NCBI GenBank assembly: GCA_965285935.1
Contig: OZ260663.1
Coordinates: 52,080,001-52,144,000, forward strand
Source of the DNA: Ophelia neglecta
Lineage: Eukaryota
Length of the DNA: 64,000 bases
Reading direction: 5' to 3'
Translations under genes and position numbers: made by a program
Shown: piece by piece, positions 29,001-41,700 of the stretch
Position numbering within the stretch: the first letter of the stretch is position 1
Layout of the letters: the number at the start of each line of letters is the position of its first letter
The notes under the pieces: model-generated
What the model was told of the DNA's origin: nothing
Databases searched by the model: none
What the model saw: only the letters and a program-made list of their open reading frames with translations

Positions 29001-32000
29001 GGTCCCATGTAAAAAAACACAGTTACATTCTCAAGATTGTAACACATCCTTTTTGCTGCTGGTGAGATTGTTCTTAAATTTGACATCTCATTACACTAGA
29101 GGTAGCTCAGTGCAATCTCATTTATCATAATCAATCTGCCCCCTTTAATTGACACCTCTGCCCTTTGACATGCCTTTGTTATTTTTAGCTCAGCCAGTAA
29201 AAACTAGCTAAGCTTATCTAGTCTGGCATGTTGGACTCTATGATATTTCCCTTCATCCATAATCCACAATGTTATTAGCAATAGATACTTTCCACCTCCC
29301 AAAAAGGAACTTGTACAACTTTTTTCCCAACACTTAGCAACATTTTTTATTTACCAGATCTACAAGTCTCAAATTTGTATAAATTTGCCATCCATATCTT
29401 GATCATAGACCAGCCATGAATCCAAAGTCATTAATTCTTCCTTGTGTTGACTTAATGGTAGAAGATAACCAATTAAATATATTTCACTAATTTGTAGAGT
29501 GTCCAGTACTTGCCTCCCCCCCCCCCCCTTCCCCACTTTTGATATTCACTTTAAAGCTGTGCACCAGGTCTATTGACCCCTCCCCCCCTTGGGTACTGTG
29601 CTGGGTAATTTATGGCCTTAAATTAAATCAAAATAATATTATGAATTTATTGCTTTCATGATAATGCTTTGACACCAGCTGCCTAGGTGTTTCTCATTGT
29701 CCTGTTTATTTTTATGTTTCAGGAAGAATAAGATATTTATTGTATAGGCATTGAATTTTAACCCATATCAGGCTTAGTCTTAAATGACCAATGTGAGGTC
29801 CCATTGATTAGCCAAACAAAGCTGGGACAACAGAGGTGAAACCACATCTATATATAACCTTGAAAGTGCAGAAAATTCATTCATTCACAAACTACAATGA
29901 ATAGGGCCAGCTCCAGATGCCTTAAAGCATGTCAGCCTGCCGTGTCAAGACCAGCAGACGTGGCTAAATCTAGGACTGCAGCACAAACCACTAGACAGAC
30001 TGGTCCTCATAATTGTTAAGTTGGTATCATAAATGTTGCAGCCATGTCTGCCTCTGTCATTAAGCTGATAAGTTCCCTTTTCATATTTGTCATTGCTCCA
30101 TTCTATTGACCTTTGACATACAAGCTATAAAAAAAAGTCATTCATGTAATAATGGCCAGTTTGGCAGACCTGGAAAATTACTCTGCTGTTTCCATGGTAA
30201 CCCATCAATCATGCAAAGTAATACTCGGGAAGCCATCCCACTATCCAAAATGGCTGACGATGAAGTGAAAAGGTAGCTATCTCTTGTCTTTTAGAAGCTT
30301 GTCTTCAGTTATTTCATTCCCGTAGTTTTTTTTGTCACATAACTATTTTACATGAAGTACTGCATGCTAAGTTAAGACATGTCATTATGGTATTGAGTGC
30401 AAAATATTGATGAAATAGGTGTCAGTTAATAGTTGTATGCTCAGGCACAGTGTGACTAGGCAGGGCTACAAGTCTACACACTGTCTGACGTCTGTGCAGC
30501 ACTGTTGAGGCTGATAGTACCAAATATGGAGATAGTGAGTGCAGGGAAGTGAGTATAATTTGTTAAAAATACTATATTCAAGGCCTGAAATGAAGTCGGC
30601 CAATGGATCAGGTTCAAGACACACAATATTTCAGTTTTTCTTGGGGAAAAATGGCTAGATTTCTCAATGCCTTTGATATCGACTGATTCTGAAATGGGGC
30701 GTTGCGGAGTGAAATCAATAATTTGGCCGGTACAGAATACTACAGTGCACACATGTGTATTGTGTATGTGAAGAAAAACTGCTTTGTGGCAGCAGCAATG
30801 TCTGATGCATTCTTATCATCTGTGAATTGTCTTAATCAATTTTACAAATACAGACTGCATGTCTAGCTAAATCAAAATTCTAATTTCCGGCCGTTTGTTA
30901 TATGGGTGAAGTGTTCACAGTAATTTGACTGGGCTCTGGCTTCCCTGTGATTTTGTAGGAACACAGGAAATTCAGCTTGGCAAACCATAAAAACATGAGT
31001 TTTGTTATGTTTAACGCCTACTTAAAGGACATGTATCTATTATATGTTATCATTAGATCATTTGCTAACACCTTCTGTCTGACTTGCCGAGGATGGTCTA
31101 TTTTCTATGGGCAGTGATAATAGTGCACAAGTAGAGTGTCTTGTAAACCTGTATACGAGTATTATACCTAACTTTAAGGTGCTTTGCTGTAAAATGATTT
31201 ATATGTACATTTATTTTCTTTTAAATAGAACCCTTTTATAAGTAGATACACATTCTAGTGGTGGACATAATTTTCTCCATGGGGATTCTCTTTGTAATAT
31301 GGCTGCTGGGTTATAAATGTGCGATGTGCATGATGTTTTGGGCATACATATGCAGTACCTGTTTGTACTGTGTATGTGAGAAATAAACCTTCATATTATA
31401 ATGGTTTGGTTAGTTTGATGGGCAGGCCACTTCCCCACTTTTCATCCAGAATCATTAAATTAGATCATTTATGCTACAATTGAAATATTCTGGATGGATG
31501 CCAGCTACATGACACCCTGCTGCCTTCATCATCAGCTTCTGAAACTGGTTCAAGCTTGCAAATTTTATGGTTTTGTTGTCGTGCTAGATATCTGATAGAC
31601 TTGTTAGGCTCACCAGACTGTGGACTTTTATGTGACACACATATACTGTACATCATGTATTTGGTGTGGTGATGGACATATGATTTGTCCTCTGTCCACT
31701 GTCCTAGGTATATGACTGGACAAACACTTATTGTGTTACTCTGTACAAGTACCAGTACATAGGGTGTCTACCGATATCTAGTGATTATGACCTCTGTATA
31801 GTGTGTGATGCCGGACTGAACTAAATAGCCTCGATTTTCCTGGGCCTCATTGTGGTGTACATTTCATTATGATGAAATAAAATGGCAATTTTAGGACTTG
31901 TCTGAACTTTTACCCCTTATCAATATAGGCTCTGCAAGAATAACCACCTCATTCCTTCGAGTTGTAAATTAAAAAGAAACAACAATGTTTTTATAAGTAA

Positions 32001-32968
32001 GCATGTATGTCAAGGAACATGCCATGTTTATACATGCAAATGGTATTGTACAATTTAACCTAACTTTAAGTGTTTTTTGTGTATAACTGTATCACTGTAA
32101 TACTTCCAATGTGTGTTTTACTATTTTTTTAATTAAGAGTGTTTGGATTTCCTGAGTTTTCGTTTTATATGTTATAATTATTACACAAGCCCCTTCTGAT
32201 AATATGGATAATTGTTTTAGGTTTTGGGCCACATAAAGTCAGTTCTAATATACATATACACTTTAATCAATCCAGCATTCTATTGTGCACAAAGGAAACA
32301 TTACTTTCACTTATAGTAGTTATTACCTTTGCACATAGGTGGTTTTACATGTCATATAGTGCTCATTGGAGGTATTACTTGCCTGATAGTGTACATAGGA
32401 GGTTTCTCCTCGATGACTAGAAGACACCACTCAACAATGCCTAATTTACAAGTTGTTGACCTGGCACAAAACATCTCTTTTTGGTTAAATATATACATAG
32501 GAGACATGGTTTTAATATCTATATTATTATTTTAGCACAGCTACTATTCAAGATTTGTGTGGTGGGTATGTGAACACTTATTAATTTCTAATTTTTGTTA
32601 TTTTCAGTGCGGAGAGTCATGAAAATCCCTTTCTTCATGATGGAGAACTGAGTAAAAAGGCGGACTATATTCTTTCACATTCAAAAATCTCTAGGACTGA
32701 GTTAGAGATTGCAGACCCAGATTCGAAACAAGTAGAACCTGTGGAGGAGATTCAGAAAAGCACAAGTGCCAGTACAAATGCTGCGGCCCCTAATCAAAGG
32801 CCCAATGAGATTAATGTGAAAGAGAATGGTAAAATGGAGGAACCACTAACACCGGCATCCGTAGAAGTGGAGGTGGGAAAAGCCAATGCTACACAGGCAG
32901 AGCCCCAACAGGCTGAACAAGTCAAATTGAAGAACGATAAAAAATGTAAATGTTGTGTAGTCATGTAG
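5036..32968 (+). CDS. Small acidic CaaX-box protein with a paralemmin-like C-terminus; longest predicted isoform 223 aa (5036-5043, 11665-11967, 32608-32968)
   Basis: All junctions are GT-AG and phase 2: MPS|EDNSPPNAVLKG...EVHRVTFAES...PIIRLQRSWS|AESHENPFLHDGELSKKADYIL...KKCKCCVVM*. Linkage is inferred from phase compatibility, not from transcripts. Confidence 0.6.
11331..11370. repeat. Perfect 40-bp palindrome
   Basis: ATACATGGTATACATGTACATGTACATGTATACCATGTAT equals its own reverse complement. Confidence 0.9.
11665..11967 (+). CDS. Internal exon (303 nt, phase 2-2) of the long isoform of the CaaX protein
   Basis: Long polypyrimidine tract plus ctag| acceptor, AG|gtaggt donor, CpG-containing open frame, S/T/E/N-rich with RVTF. 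Confidence 0.75.
19378..19421 (+). CDS. Alternative first coding exon B (MSDMEKVEYLQTPMG), giving a 134-aa isoform
   Basis: aacATG start, perfect GG|gtaagt phase-2 donor, Inr-like TCAGTT at 19276. Confidence 0.62.
19565..19656. repeat. Tandem duplication, 42-43 bp unit x2
   Basis: TTCAAGGTGCACTGATGATGCTAATAAAAA.TAAA(A)TTAGTAA at 19565 and 19607. Confidence 0.9.
24233..24387. mobile_element. Possible old MITE with degenerate terminal inverted repeats
   Basis: TAAGATCAGCCATGTCTTGTTGTTTT versus reverse complement TTAGATCAACCCATGTTTGTTTTT. Confidence 0.4.
25923..25974. repeat. 17-bp tandem repeat x3
   Basis: GATAAGGGCGTCTCTGG twice exactly plus one degenerate copy. Confidence 0.85.
30126..30201 (+). 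promoter_or_regulatory. Candidate core promoter of first exon C: TATA, Inr and X-box
   Basis: TATAAAA 30126-30132, CCAGTT with A at 30158 (32 bp downstream), GTTTCCATGGTAAC 30188-30201. Confidence 0.45.
30250..30272 (+). CDS. Alternative first coding exon C (MADDEVK), giving a 127-aa isoform
   Basis: aaaATGG context, AG|gtagct phase-2 donor matching the acceptor at 32608; an in-frame upstream ATG at 30211 is also possible. Confidence 0.7.
32283..32406. repeat. Degenerate minisatellite, unit about 30 bp
   Basis: Recurring GTGCACATAGG(T/A)GGT.TTAC...ATA. Confidence 0.55.
32608..32968 (+). CDS. Common terminal coding exon of the CaaX protein
   Basis: Strong acceptor ttattttcag|, 119 open codons with protein-like composition, NPF motif, polybasic plus CKCCVVM CaaX end. 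Confidence 0.88.
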
Positions 32969-35900
32969 CCATTTCATATGCACCTCACGTCAGCCTTTCA
33001 AAGTGTTATTATTTGTGTTTGAAGGATTTCTTACTCATGTGTTCATGCAGATAGTCCCATCCACAGAGTGCTCATGTGAGAAGGGACAAAGGGATCACAC
33101 TCCTGCCTCTCCCCTATCGAAAAAATTTCCCCTTAAAACAAACATAACTTTCACCTAATGACTGTGTGCATAAGCATCATCATCTTGTGACATCATGATG
33201 ATGACCTACTTTGCCATCCAATAGGAATGCATAACTGATGACAGTCACCATGGCAAGTCAGCCAATCCTTGCAGAGGATTCTCTTTCAGTGTTGTTTGGC
33301 TTCTTATGCATCAGCATGTGGAGTGTCTGTGAACATAGGAAGTAATTCCTTGATACAAATATGTGATAATCTGCAAAATTCAGATCAGTTCTGCTTGCTT
33401 GACGTGAAATGCCACATTTCCCTGTGCTTCAGCTTGGATTATGGTATTGTTATTTTAGAGATGCTGGTCAAGTACATATACCTTATTACAATAATTTGAC
33501 TTGCTGTGTGACAACTTCAGGATTCAGGTGACAGATGGTTAGCCCTTAGGTGGACAATTCTGCCATGGAAGAGAAAATGGATGTCATACTACCAGGGCTC
33601 AATTTATCATTACTGCTCAGTTCACCATAGGCAGTGACTCAAAATATCATGTCTCCTCCTAGAAAACATCAGCACCATCGTAGAGATCATTGTACAACAC
33701 GGCAAATATGATTAAACACCACTGAGCACAAAGAATATTTGATACTTGAAGATAATGTATGTGGGACGCACACTAGCCAGTCCTGAAAATATCATTACAT
33801 ATTTATTAGCATGGCAGGGCCCTTGCAAAAGCTTCCTTCATACAGTAATTGTTGCATAACACAATTAACCAATTCATCAATGTACTTGTTGTGACACGGA
33901 AGGAAATAAAAAAAACATGCCCTAAAAGCACTGATGGGCTCTCAGACAGTTAGATCTTTAAGGAGTGTTCATGGACCCAAGACCATGTTAATAGTAGGTG
34001 CCATCTAATTCAGCCATGACGGAGGGCATGCATGTATGGCTGCGGTTCTACCCCACTTCTCTGAGGCTGGCACAGTCCACACACTTTCGAGGCCAGGATG
34101 AGCTGTTTTACCTATAAGGTTGGAGCCTTACTTTCGAAACGATGTCCAAGAAACACAAGCGGTATCTAACACCGGCTTCTGGAGCATATGATTGGTTGCC
34201 ATGGTGATTATTAATATTGGACCAGTGCTATATGTACCATTGCCTAAATTGTGTCAGCTGGCCAATCGCTCCTAGCAAGTGGTGGGGGATATTTCTAACA
34301 ATGCGTAATTAAAAGGAGTGGTTGAGGCATTGAGAATTTTGTTTTTATAAGTTCTTATATTGTATGAGTTGACTTCTAATGTATGATATACAATAGCACA
34401 TGAGTACATGGGTGCTCGGCTGTTCATCAAACGTCTAGGTAGTCTGCATATTACCATATATTATCATTATTATTATATTGAGTCTGCCGATTTTCTGACA
34501 CTTGTACATTAACAGTTATTGACTTGGACATCTACAGGCTTTTGTTATTGTAAGACAAGGTAAATGCAATATATCTAAGACTATTTAACTGGTTTATGTA
34601 AGCTAAGGGTTCATCATTAGATGCACTACTTCTAATTATAATTGACTATATAGTCATTGATGTGAAGCTGTGTAGGACATTATTGACAAATTTTCTATAT
34701 ATCGTTTATATTTCAAGAAATCCATTTATTTCTCCTCCTTTCATAACATAAGCAGTTATTATTATACAGGTCATGTGTATGATATTCTCCCATCATTTAT
34801 AAAATGGTTCATTGGTTGCACATTTGAAAATCTTGCAAGCTTTTTTTCCCCAGAAGGCAAAACCTGGCTTGCAAGTATTTATTTAGAGCGAGGCCGATGT
34901 GTTCCCTCTGAAAAGTAGCTTTTTGATAGAAAACCAGGTAAGCATTTGAGGGCTTCTGACAAATGGTGTATTTCGCTGGATATTGAATGTATACCCCACT
35001 ATATACCTGCTGATTTCAAGGTTATTTTTCGTCTCCTATAAACTTGACATTTATTGTCTCTTATGTTTGCATGATTGCATCTTTTGGGACAAATTTGCAA
35101 TTTAAGAGAAAACTGTACATTTAACAACACCAGTGTACAGAGCAATTTGATAGAATCGGAATTATCTGATAAAAGTAATTGTTCCAGCGCTATATTGCTT
35201 ACATATAAGAATGTTACAGATAAAATGTTTATTAATGCGTCATTGTAGAGCTTGGAAACAGTGGGTGATCCAAAATACACATTGCTATTTAATAATAAAG
35301 TGTTGTTTTCTTTTTAGCTGTATCCCTCTGTACAGGTCAATGCAAAAATATATTTATTTGCTAAATTTTAAATAGATGTTTACTGAAAAAGGCAACCACT
35401 GAAAGTTATGACCCTCACAGATATATTAATGTCAGTGCAAGAGATAAGATCAGATTAAATAGGACTCCAATATTAGATTAATATATACTATTACATGTAA
35501 TTACTACAGCACCTGACTACCACTATCTACAGGTGCCACAGTTACAATCATGGCCTTGGTCTCAACATCATGCCACTTCTATATATATATATATAATTTA
35601 CAAGCATTTATTTATCTTAAATTTGCATATCACTGATAGGACATGTGCCTCCTCAACTCGGATAGGTTGAACATGTAACTAAATGCCCCATAAGTAGCTA
35701 ATAACTTATAACTGTATCTAAGTATCAATGCCCCATACAACTCTTAGTTACTATAAAGTTTAAAACACAAGTTGTGTGCTTAATTTTCCTATTTTTTTGG
35801 TTGTTTTATCAGACCTTCCTTTTTACTTTTTCTAACATAATTGACTTGCATCTTAAAGTGAAAATACTAAAAAAGACTAGACCCGGACACCATAAATCAA

Positions 35901-38759
35901 TTTGTTTTATCAAGTAAGCTTAATGCAAATGACTTGACTTTTTCTTAATCCCGACGAACAAGGTCTGCTGTGATGAAAGATATCAGTCAACTAAGTCTTG
36001 TTCTTGCCACTGAGTTTTTTGATTGAGTACCACTTTTGTAATAGCCTGGAAGCCTCCTGCAATATTGACTTTTTGTTATTTTAATTAGGCATTCAGTTGA
36101 AAGGGAAATATGCAGTTGCTCGGATGAGAAAAGTGTGTACCTGCTAGGTACGACAGATTTTTACCTTGCAAATCAAGTGGAAAATGCATTAAAAACCCTA
36201 GAAACATGGTCTCTTAATGGACTGCCTTGTGGTGGTGAATACTTGACTGAACGCTATCCATGTCCATGCCATGTACACGTAGCTTGGTTTCTGGTATTTC
36301 AAGTATTCACTCAATGTATATTATGCTGGCATATCTGTGACCCTGACCCAAAGATATGCAAAAAAGGAGTTTCAGTTTTTTATCATTATTTACACAGTTT
36401 TTTCTCTTCCTGTTTTTGTGCCTCATGTATTAACAGTAGAGGAAGGATTGGAATACAATATATGTGATGAATATGCAACATAAAACTTGCTTATCTTATT
36501 GGGTACTGTGGGGATTTAGATAGGAGGGATCTTGGCCTAGCAACTGCCTCTTCTTTCTACAAATAACTTGACAGAGAAGCTCATGCCAAGCACTTTCTGG
36601 GACAAGATGCTCTTCCCATGACCTTGATAGAAAGCTGGCCCCCTTTTTCAAAATCCTTTACTCAACCATACAGTGTTGAGCCTATTAATCTTGTCTATTT
36701 TTGGTGTTCTGTGAATCTTTCAATATAGAATTGTTTAACCTATCTATCCAAAGCTGACTGGTAAAAAAACTTATATTTTATTAATAGAACAAACTTGGTC
36801 ATCATAGTTAATGATCAGTTTTTTTCTTCAAGATACTTAGGATCATAAGGGAGAGTTATGGCCGGCCAGTTTTCAAAATGAAAATTTACATTTATACCTA
36901 AGTTTAACATTTTATAATTAGTAACTGGTTTTGTGATAACATGACTTATTCAAACTTATATATATTCATAAATATTTACATGTACAAGTTATTATTTAAA
37001 ATGAATTAACATTTTAAACATCTGCTACTTCAACATAGAAGGTAAAAATATGTTAAACCTTTAGGCTACCCTATTCTGACTCATCTTAACCTTCTTTATG
37101 ATGTATTTCTAAAAATGGGAAACAGTATGTATGCCTGGATATATTTTGAAATAGATATGAGATATGTTTTGTTCTCATGCAATGTCTCTCTGTCATCAAC
37201 CCAATAATAGTTTCAACATCTCAACATACTGGTAGTCTTTTCTACACCACAAAATTTAAGGTAGTTTCAAAGCCTGGGGAGGGGGGGGGGGTTACTGCTC
37301 TTATTGCCTCCTTCATTTACATGTACTTGTATGTTATAGCTGCTAAGGCACAAGTCCAAAAATAACACTCCTTGTGAATCATTGATGTAGAACAGAGTTT
37401 ATTACCTACTGTTTGGAATACCATTGGTGATTACAGTCGATATGACTATCAACAAGTAATCAGAGGGTTGAAGGCCCTCCCTGGGCGGATACTCCGGTAC
37501 TGGCTGCCAAAGAAAACGGCAAAGAATGAAAATAATGTGGACTGCTACAAAAACAGAATCTATCATTTGTCAGTGACTGGCATTCCATTATCAGAAAAAA
37601 CCAAAGAGAGGGATCTAAATAAACAAGTTGGAGAGATACTTTACATGGGTGTGACCCAATCCAACCGGGCAAGGCTTCTTAACAGTGCCTTGCTCTGTAC
37701 TTGTACATTATATACACTCGTACTACAATAGGAGACTGTGTGCATTAATTAATTAAACTCCAATATAAATCATTAAAGAGTGAACACCATTTCAATTTCT
37801 GTTGAATAAAAATTTGGATATTAAATTGTTTTAAAAAATGATTATATTCCTGCTCTTGTATACATGTAAACTGACTATAGGCTGGCAGTATTATTTGTAA
37901 AAGTAACTGTGAATTAAATAGCAAAATTAATTGGAACAGCCTGCACTTATTAAATGTACATGTATATGTTAATATAGAAAATAGAAATTTTTAAGAGATT
38001 ATTTCAGACAACGTCATGCACAAGTAGCTCTTTGATGGATAAAATGATATGAAAGATGTATGCATAATAGGCATGTATTGGTAGCAGCTAAAGGGATCTA
38101 ATAAGCAGAGTAAATACAGAAGTATATCAGGAAGTATCATCCTCTTTGTATAAACATGATTTCTTCTCCTGTATGTGGCAAAATAGAAACCTGAAATATA
38201 ACAATTTTGATCATAGCATAAGTGACTGCAGGCCACAGGCATGCCTAAACAGTGCCAAACAACATGTCAGCACTGCTCAGATTCAATTGATACTTCTCAA
38301 AAACACCAAAAACATAAAACAAACCACATGTCTGACAGTTATTTTAGATATTCGTTATATCTTCTGTGCTGAAATGTGTTTTGGGCAGAAAATTGGTAAA
38401 TGTGATAGATAGATTTAACTGAATTTATTGAATATAAAGATGAAATCTTTCATAGCTAAGTAAATGATTATGAACTATTTCACTGATTTAAAAATAAAAT
38501 AAAATTTTAACAAATAATTCTGCATTCAAGACAGATTTTCTGCTACACCAAGTTTCAGTCTACTTAAGTCTGCTAATAACATCTTTTCTTTCCAAAGAAT
38601 TGCTTTTACTTGGATTAATAAATAAAACCACATACAGTGTAGGTTTTTATCACATATTTTTATCACACTGGCATGGTTACTTTTTAAAGTAACATATGTT
38701 TTTGGTCTACAAAACTGAGGTGGCACTTCCAAGCAACTGCATACCATTAATCATAAATG

Positions 38760-38780
38760 TATATATATATATATATATAT
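38760..38780. repeat. (TA)n microsatellite
   Basis: Direct read. Confidence 0.9.
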
Positions 38781-41700
38781 TATAGTTGCTTTGCTCCTTG
38801 GGCCAGACGACATTCAAAGATCAATAATATCTAACAGAACCGCTGGGCTTTAAGGTTGAGGAAAATTACCAAGGCTGTAATGCGTCTCATTTACAATCAC
38901 AGAAACATTGTCCAGAACCTGAATTTTATCTACTAGCCACTTTACAAACGAATCTCGAGCAATTCAGTTTGGATGATTGAAACACTCTATAATATACATG
39001 TGTACCAAACATTGGTCACAGGGCTAAAGCGAACATTTACCAGGAAGTGGATCTACCTACTGCTTGGATATCATGGCTCGCCTGCATGTCAAATCAGTGA
39101 CAAAATGGCAAATTGGTAGCAAATTGAGTTGACCTAAACTTGATTTGCTGTAAATTGTCACTGTTGAGCATTGGACGTAGATGATAGATATTTAATATTT
39201 AAGTGCCATGATAATTGCATCTGCCCAGTACTACATATATTTCTAGCTAGGGAAAATGTCAGTCTGACCGCCTAAAATGTTTTTGGCCTCAACAGGTACA
39301 CAGAGTGAACAGCAGAACATTTATAATTGGATTATTTTTAGTGTATGCAAAATATTGAGACATCAATGTTCCCATACTCTTTAATAATGCAATAGTTTGG
39401 ACCCACAAAAACACCAAATTAAGGCATTCTCCATAAAAGTGTGGCAGAAGATAGGCACCAACTGAATTTGCAGAAAGTAAATGTGCATGAAAATTAGAGT
39501 AAAAATTTTGTGTTAAAATGTGGCAAAAAATAATCAACCAATAAAAATCATATTGTTGTGTTTTATCCTGTCAGAGTAAAACTTTCAATGGAAAAGCTTT
39601 CAGATGAGATTATTCCATCAGGAGTTTTTGTGATCTTATCTCCGCATGACGCAAAAACAAGCAGGTTTTAAACCTGACTAAGAAGTAGGGAAAAGGCAGA
39701 CTAATGTCTGCTATGCAAATAATACTCGTGTGGAAATTCTGTGTGCAATTTAAGTGAGCAATTTGACAAACTACAATAAGATAAAAAAATTAATTCTCTT
39801 TAGAATTAAGCTTTTATCATTAATGTTTATTTGTGTTGATTCTAGACACTAAACAAATTTGCAAATGAAAATAATAATGATAAAATTGAATATGCATTAA
39901 TATTTCTTTTGATCTACAGTATAAGAAAACTAATGGTGGCAAGTTTTCAATATGGCCAGACAGCAGGCAACAGCTAACTTTGACGTGTATTTTATCTGGC
40001 ACAAGCCTGGGTAGAGCGTGAATACATAGGAGTATTCATTACCTTTATGAAGTTCATCTCCTGATGGGGATTTGGCATTTGGTCCAGACCCAGAATTTTC
40101 AGGCTTGTTCTGAACCAAAATGATGCTGTTAAGCAAATGATTCAATATGTTTCAAAGTATCTTAATTAATATGCAGGAACATATCATATATTTCTATCAA
40201 CTCACACATGCAAGATTGAGCAAATATTGAACATTACAACCTTGTAATCTACAGGGCATGTTCTTTAATACTTTTCAATTAACTAGATACATTTATTGTT
40301 TTGTGTTCAGGTTAAAAACATTGTAATAATATAAAATTATTAACATGACATATATTGCAATAAAAATGTCTCCTATTGAATGAGAAAATTAAGGATAAAA
40401 CAATTGACAACTGATCATTCCAGCCTCAGCCTGGCACTGGAATCAGTCACTAGATACTTCTACATCTGTACCATCCTTTCATCCAGGGTAATAAGGGCTG
40501 ATAACCCCATTATTTGATCAGTTTTTTAGGCCATTTAGTATCAAGTCAAAGTTACTGGTCCAAATTGAAACATATTGCCATCTGTTAGTTCACAATATCA
40601 GAGTATCAATCAGAAAATGACATTGAAGCATTTTTTTGTGAAGTGATTTTGTCCAACTAGTTTATATTGCAGCTATTACACAACATCATATATAAATAAG
40701 TGAAAGTTTAAAGCCAGACAGGCAGATAAATATATGTTTTTTGAGATATTTTACAACATTCAACCTCAGTTTGACCGTTAAATCCATTATGGGTTATTAA
40801 ATCTTGCCCAAAATGACAGAATTTTTTAAACTAAGAGATATATTGGTAATCTTTGTGAAAAATATAATAGCCACATAAATATTTTACTTATGAACAAAAC
40901 TCTGATTTGCACTCCCTGGCAGTCTGTCATTTTTTCACTGCTCAATTCTGTAATATTATTAGGTCTAGAAGAAATATGGTTTGATGTGCTGGCTGGTGCA
41001 TTGGTTGTATACATACAGCTGAATACCCAAATTTCATTGTTGTAAAACCAATATCAAATTGGGAAGTAAAATTGTGAATGTTTATTTTGTAGTATATTAA
41101 TTGTGGCTGAAAGCAGAACTAACATTGTGCTTTGAAACATTATCCATGGCTAAGAGATATACAGTGTAATTGTCAATACGACTTTCCTTTTACCTTTTTA
41201 CTCTTTTAAAGGTTTGGCCCATTTTCCATGAATTTTGCCCTACAACTATTGTGTTGTAACAAGATCCAGATGGAGCTCTAAATGGCCCACTTTACAGGGA
41301 AAGTGTCAATATCCTGGAAATCTATCACCTCTAATTGACACAAATTATCCACCTTGAGTCTGTGAGTCTACATAAACTATGCACTTGGTCTATAATGATC
41401 AAGGTCATATTGATATCAAACAAAACATACTGCTTCTGCACCTAATAGGTCAGAAAAAAGCTAGCTTAGGATTCAGGAACACACTAATTTATAAACTCAA
41501 CATGTGTACAGTTCTGTTCATCAGGGAATCAATCTGTCTATCAAATTGACTTCCTCAACACATATTTCAAGCTTCATTCGCGTTATCATCATGTTAAGTT
41601 GTAGGCCTACTCAAAGGTGCCGATATTGGTCCTTAAAAATATCATGTATTTTTTTCTTTTAGGCCATGATGACTATTATTCACTCCAAGTATACTTTGGC

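Noticed and set aside
33175-33203. CATCATCAT...ATGATGATG hairpin in the CaaX gene 3' UTR
   Set aside because: 9-bp low-complexity stem that does not match IRE or SECIS consensus
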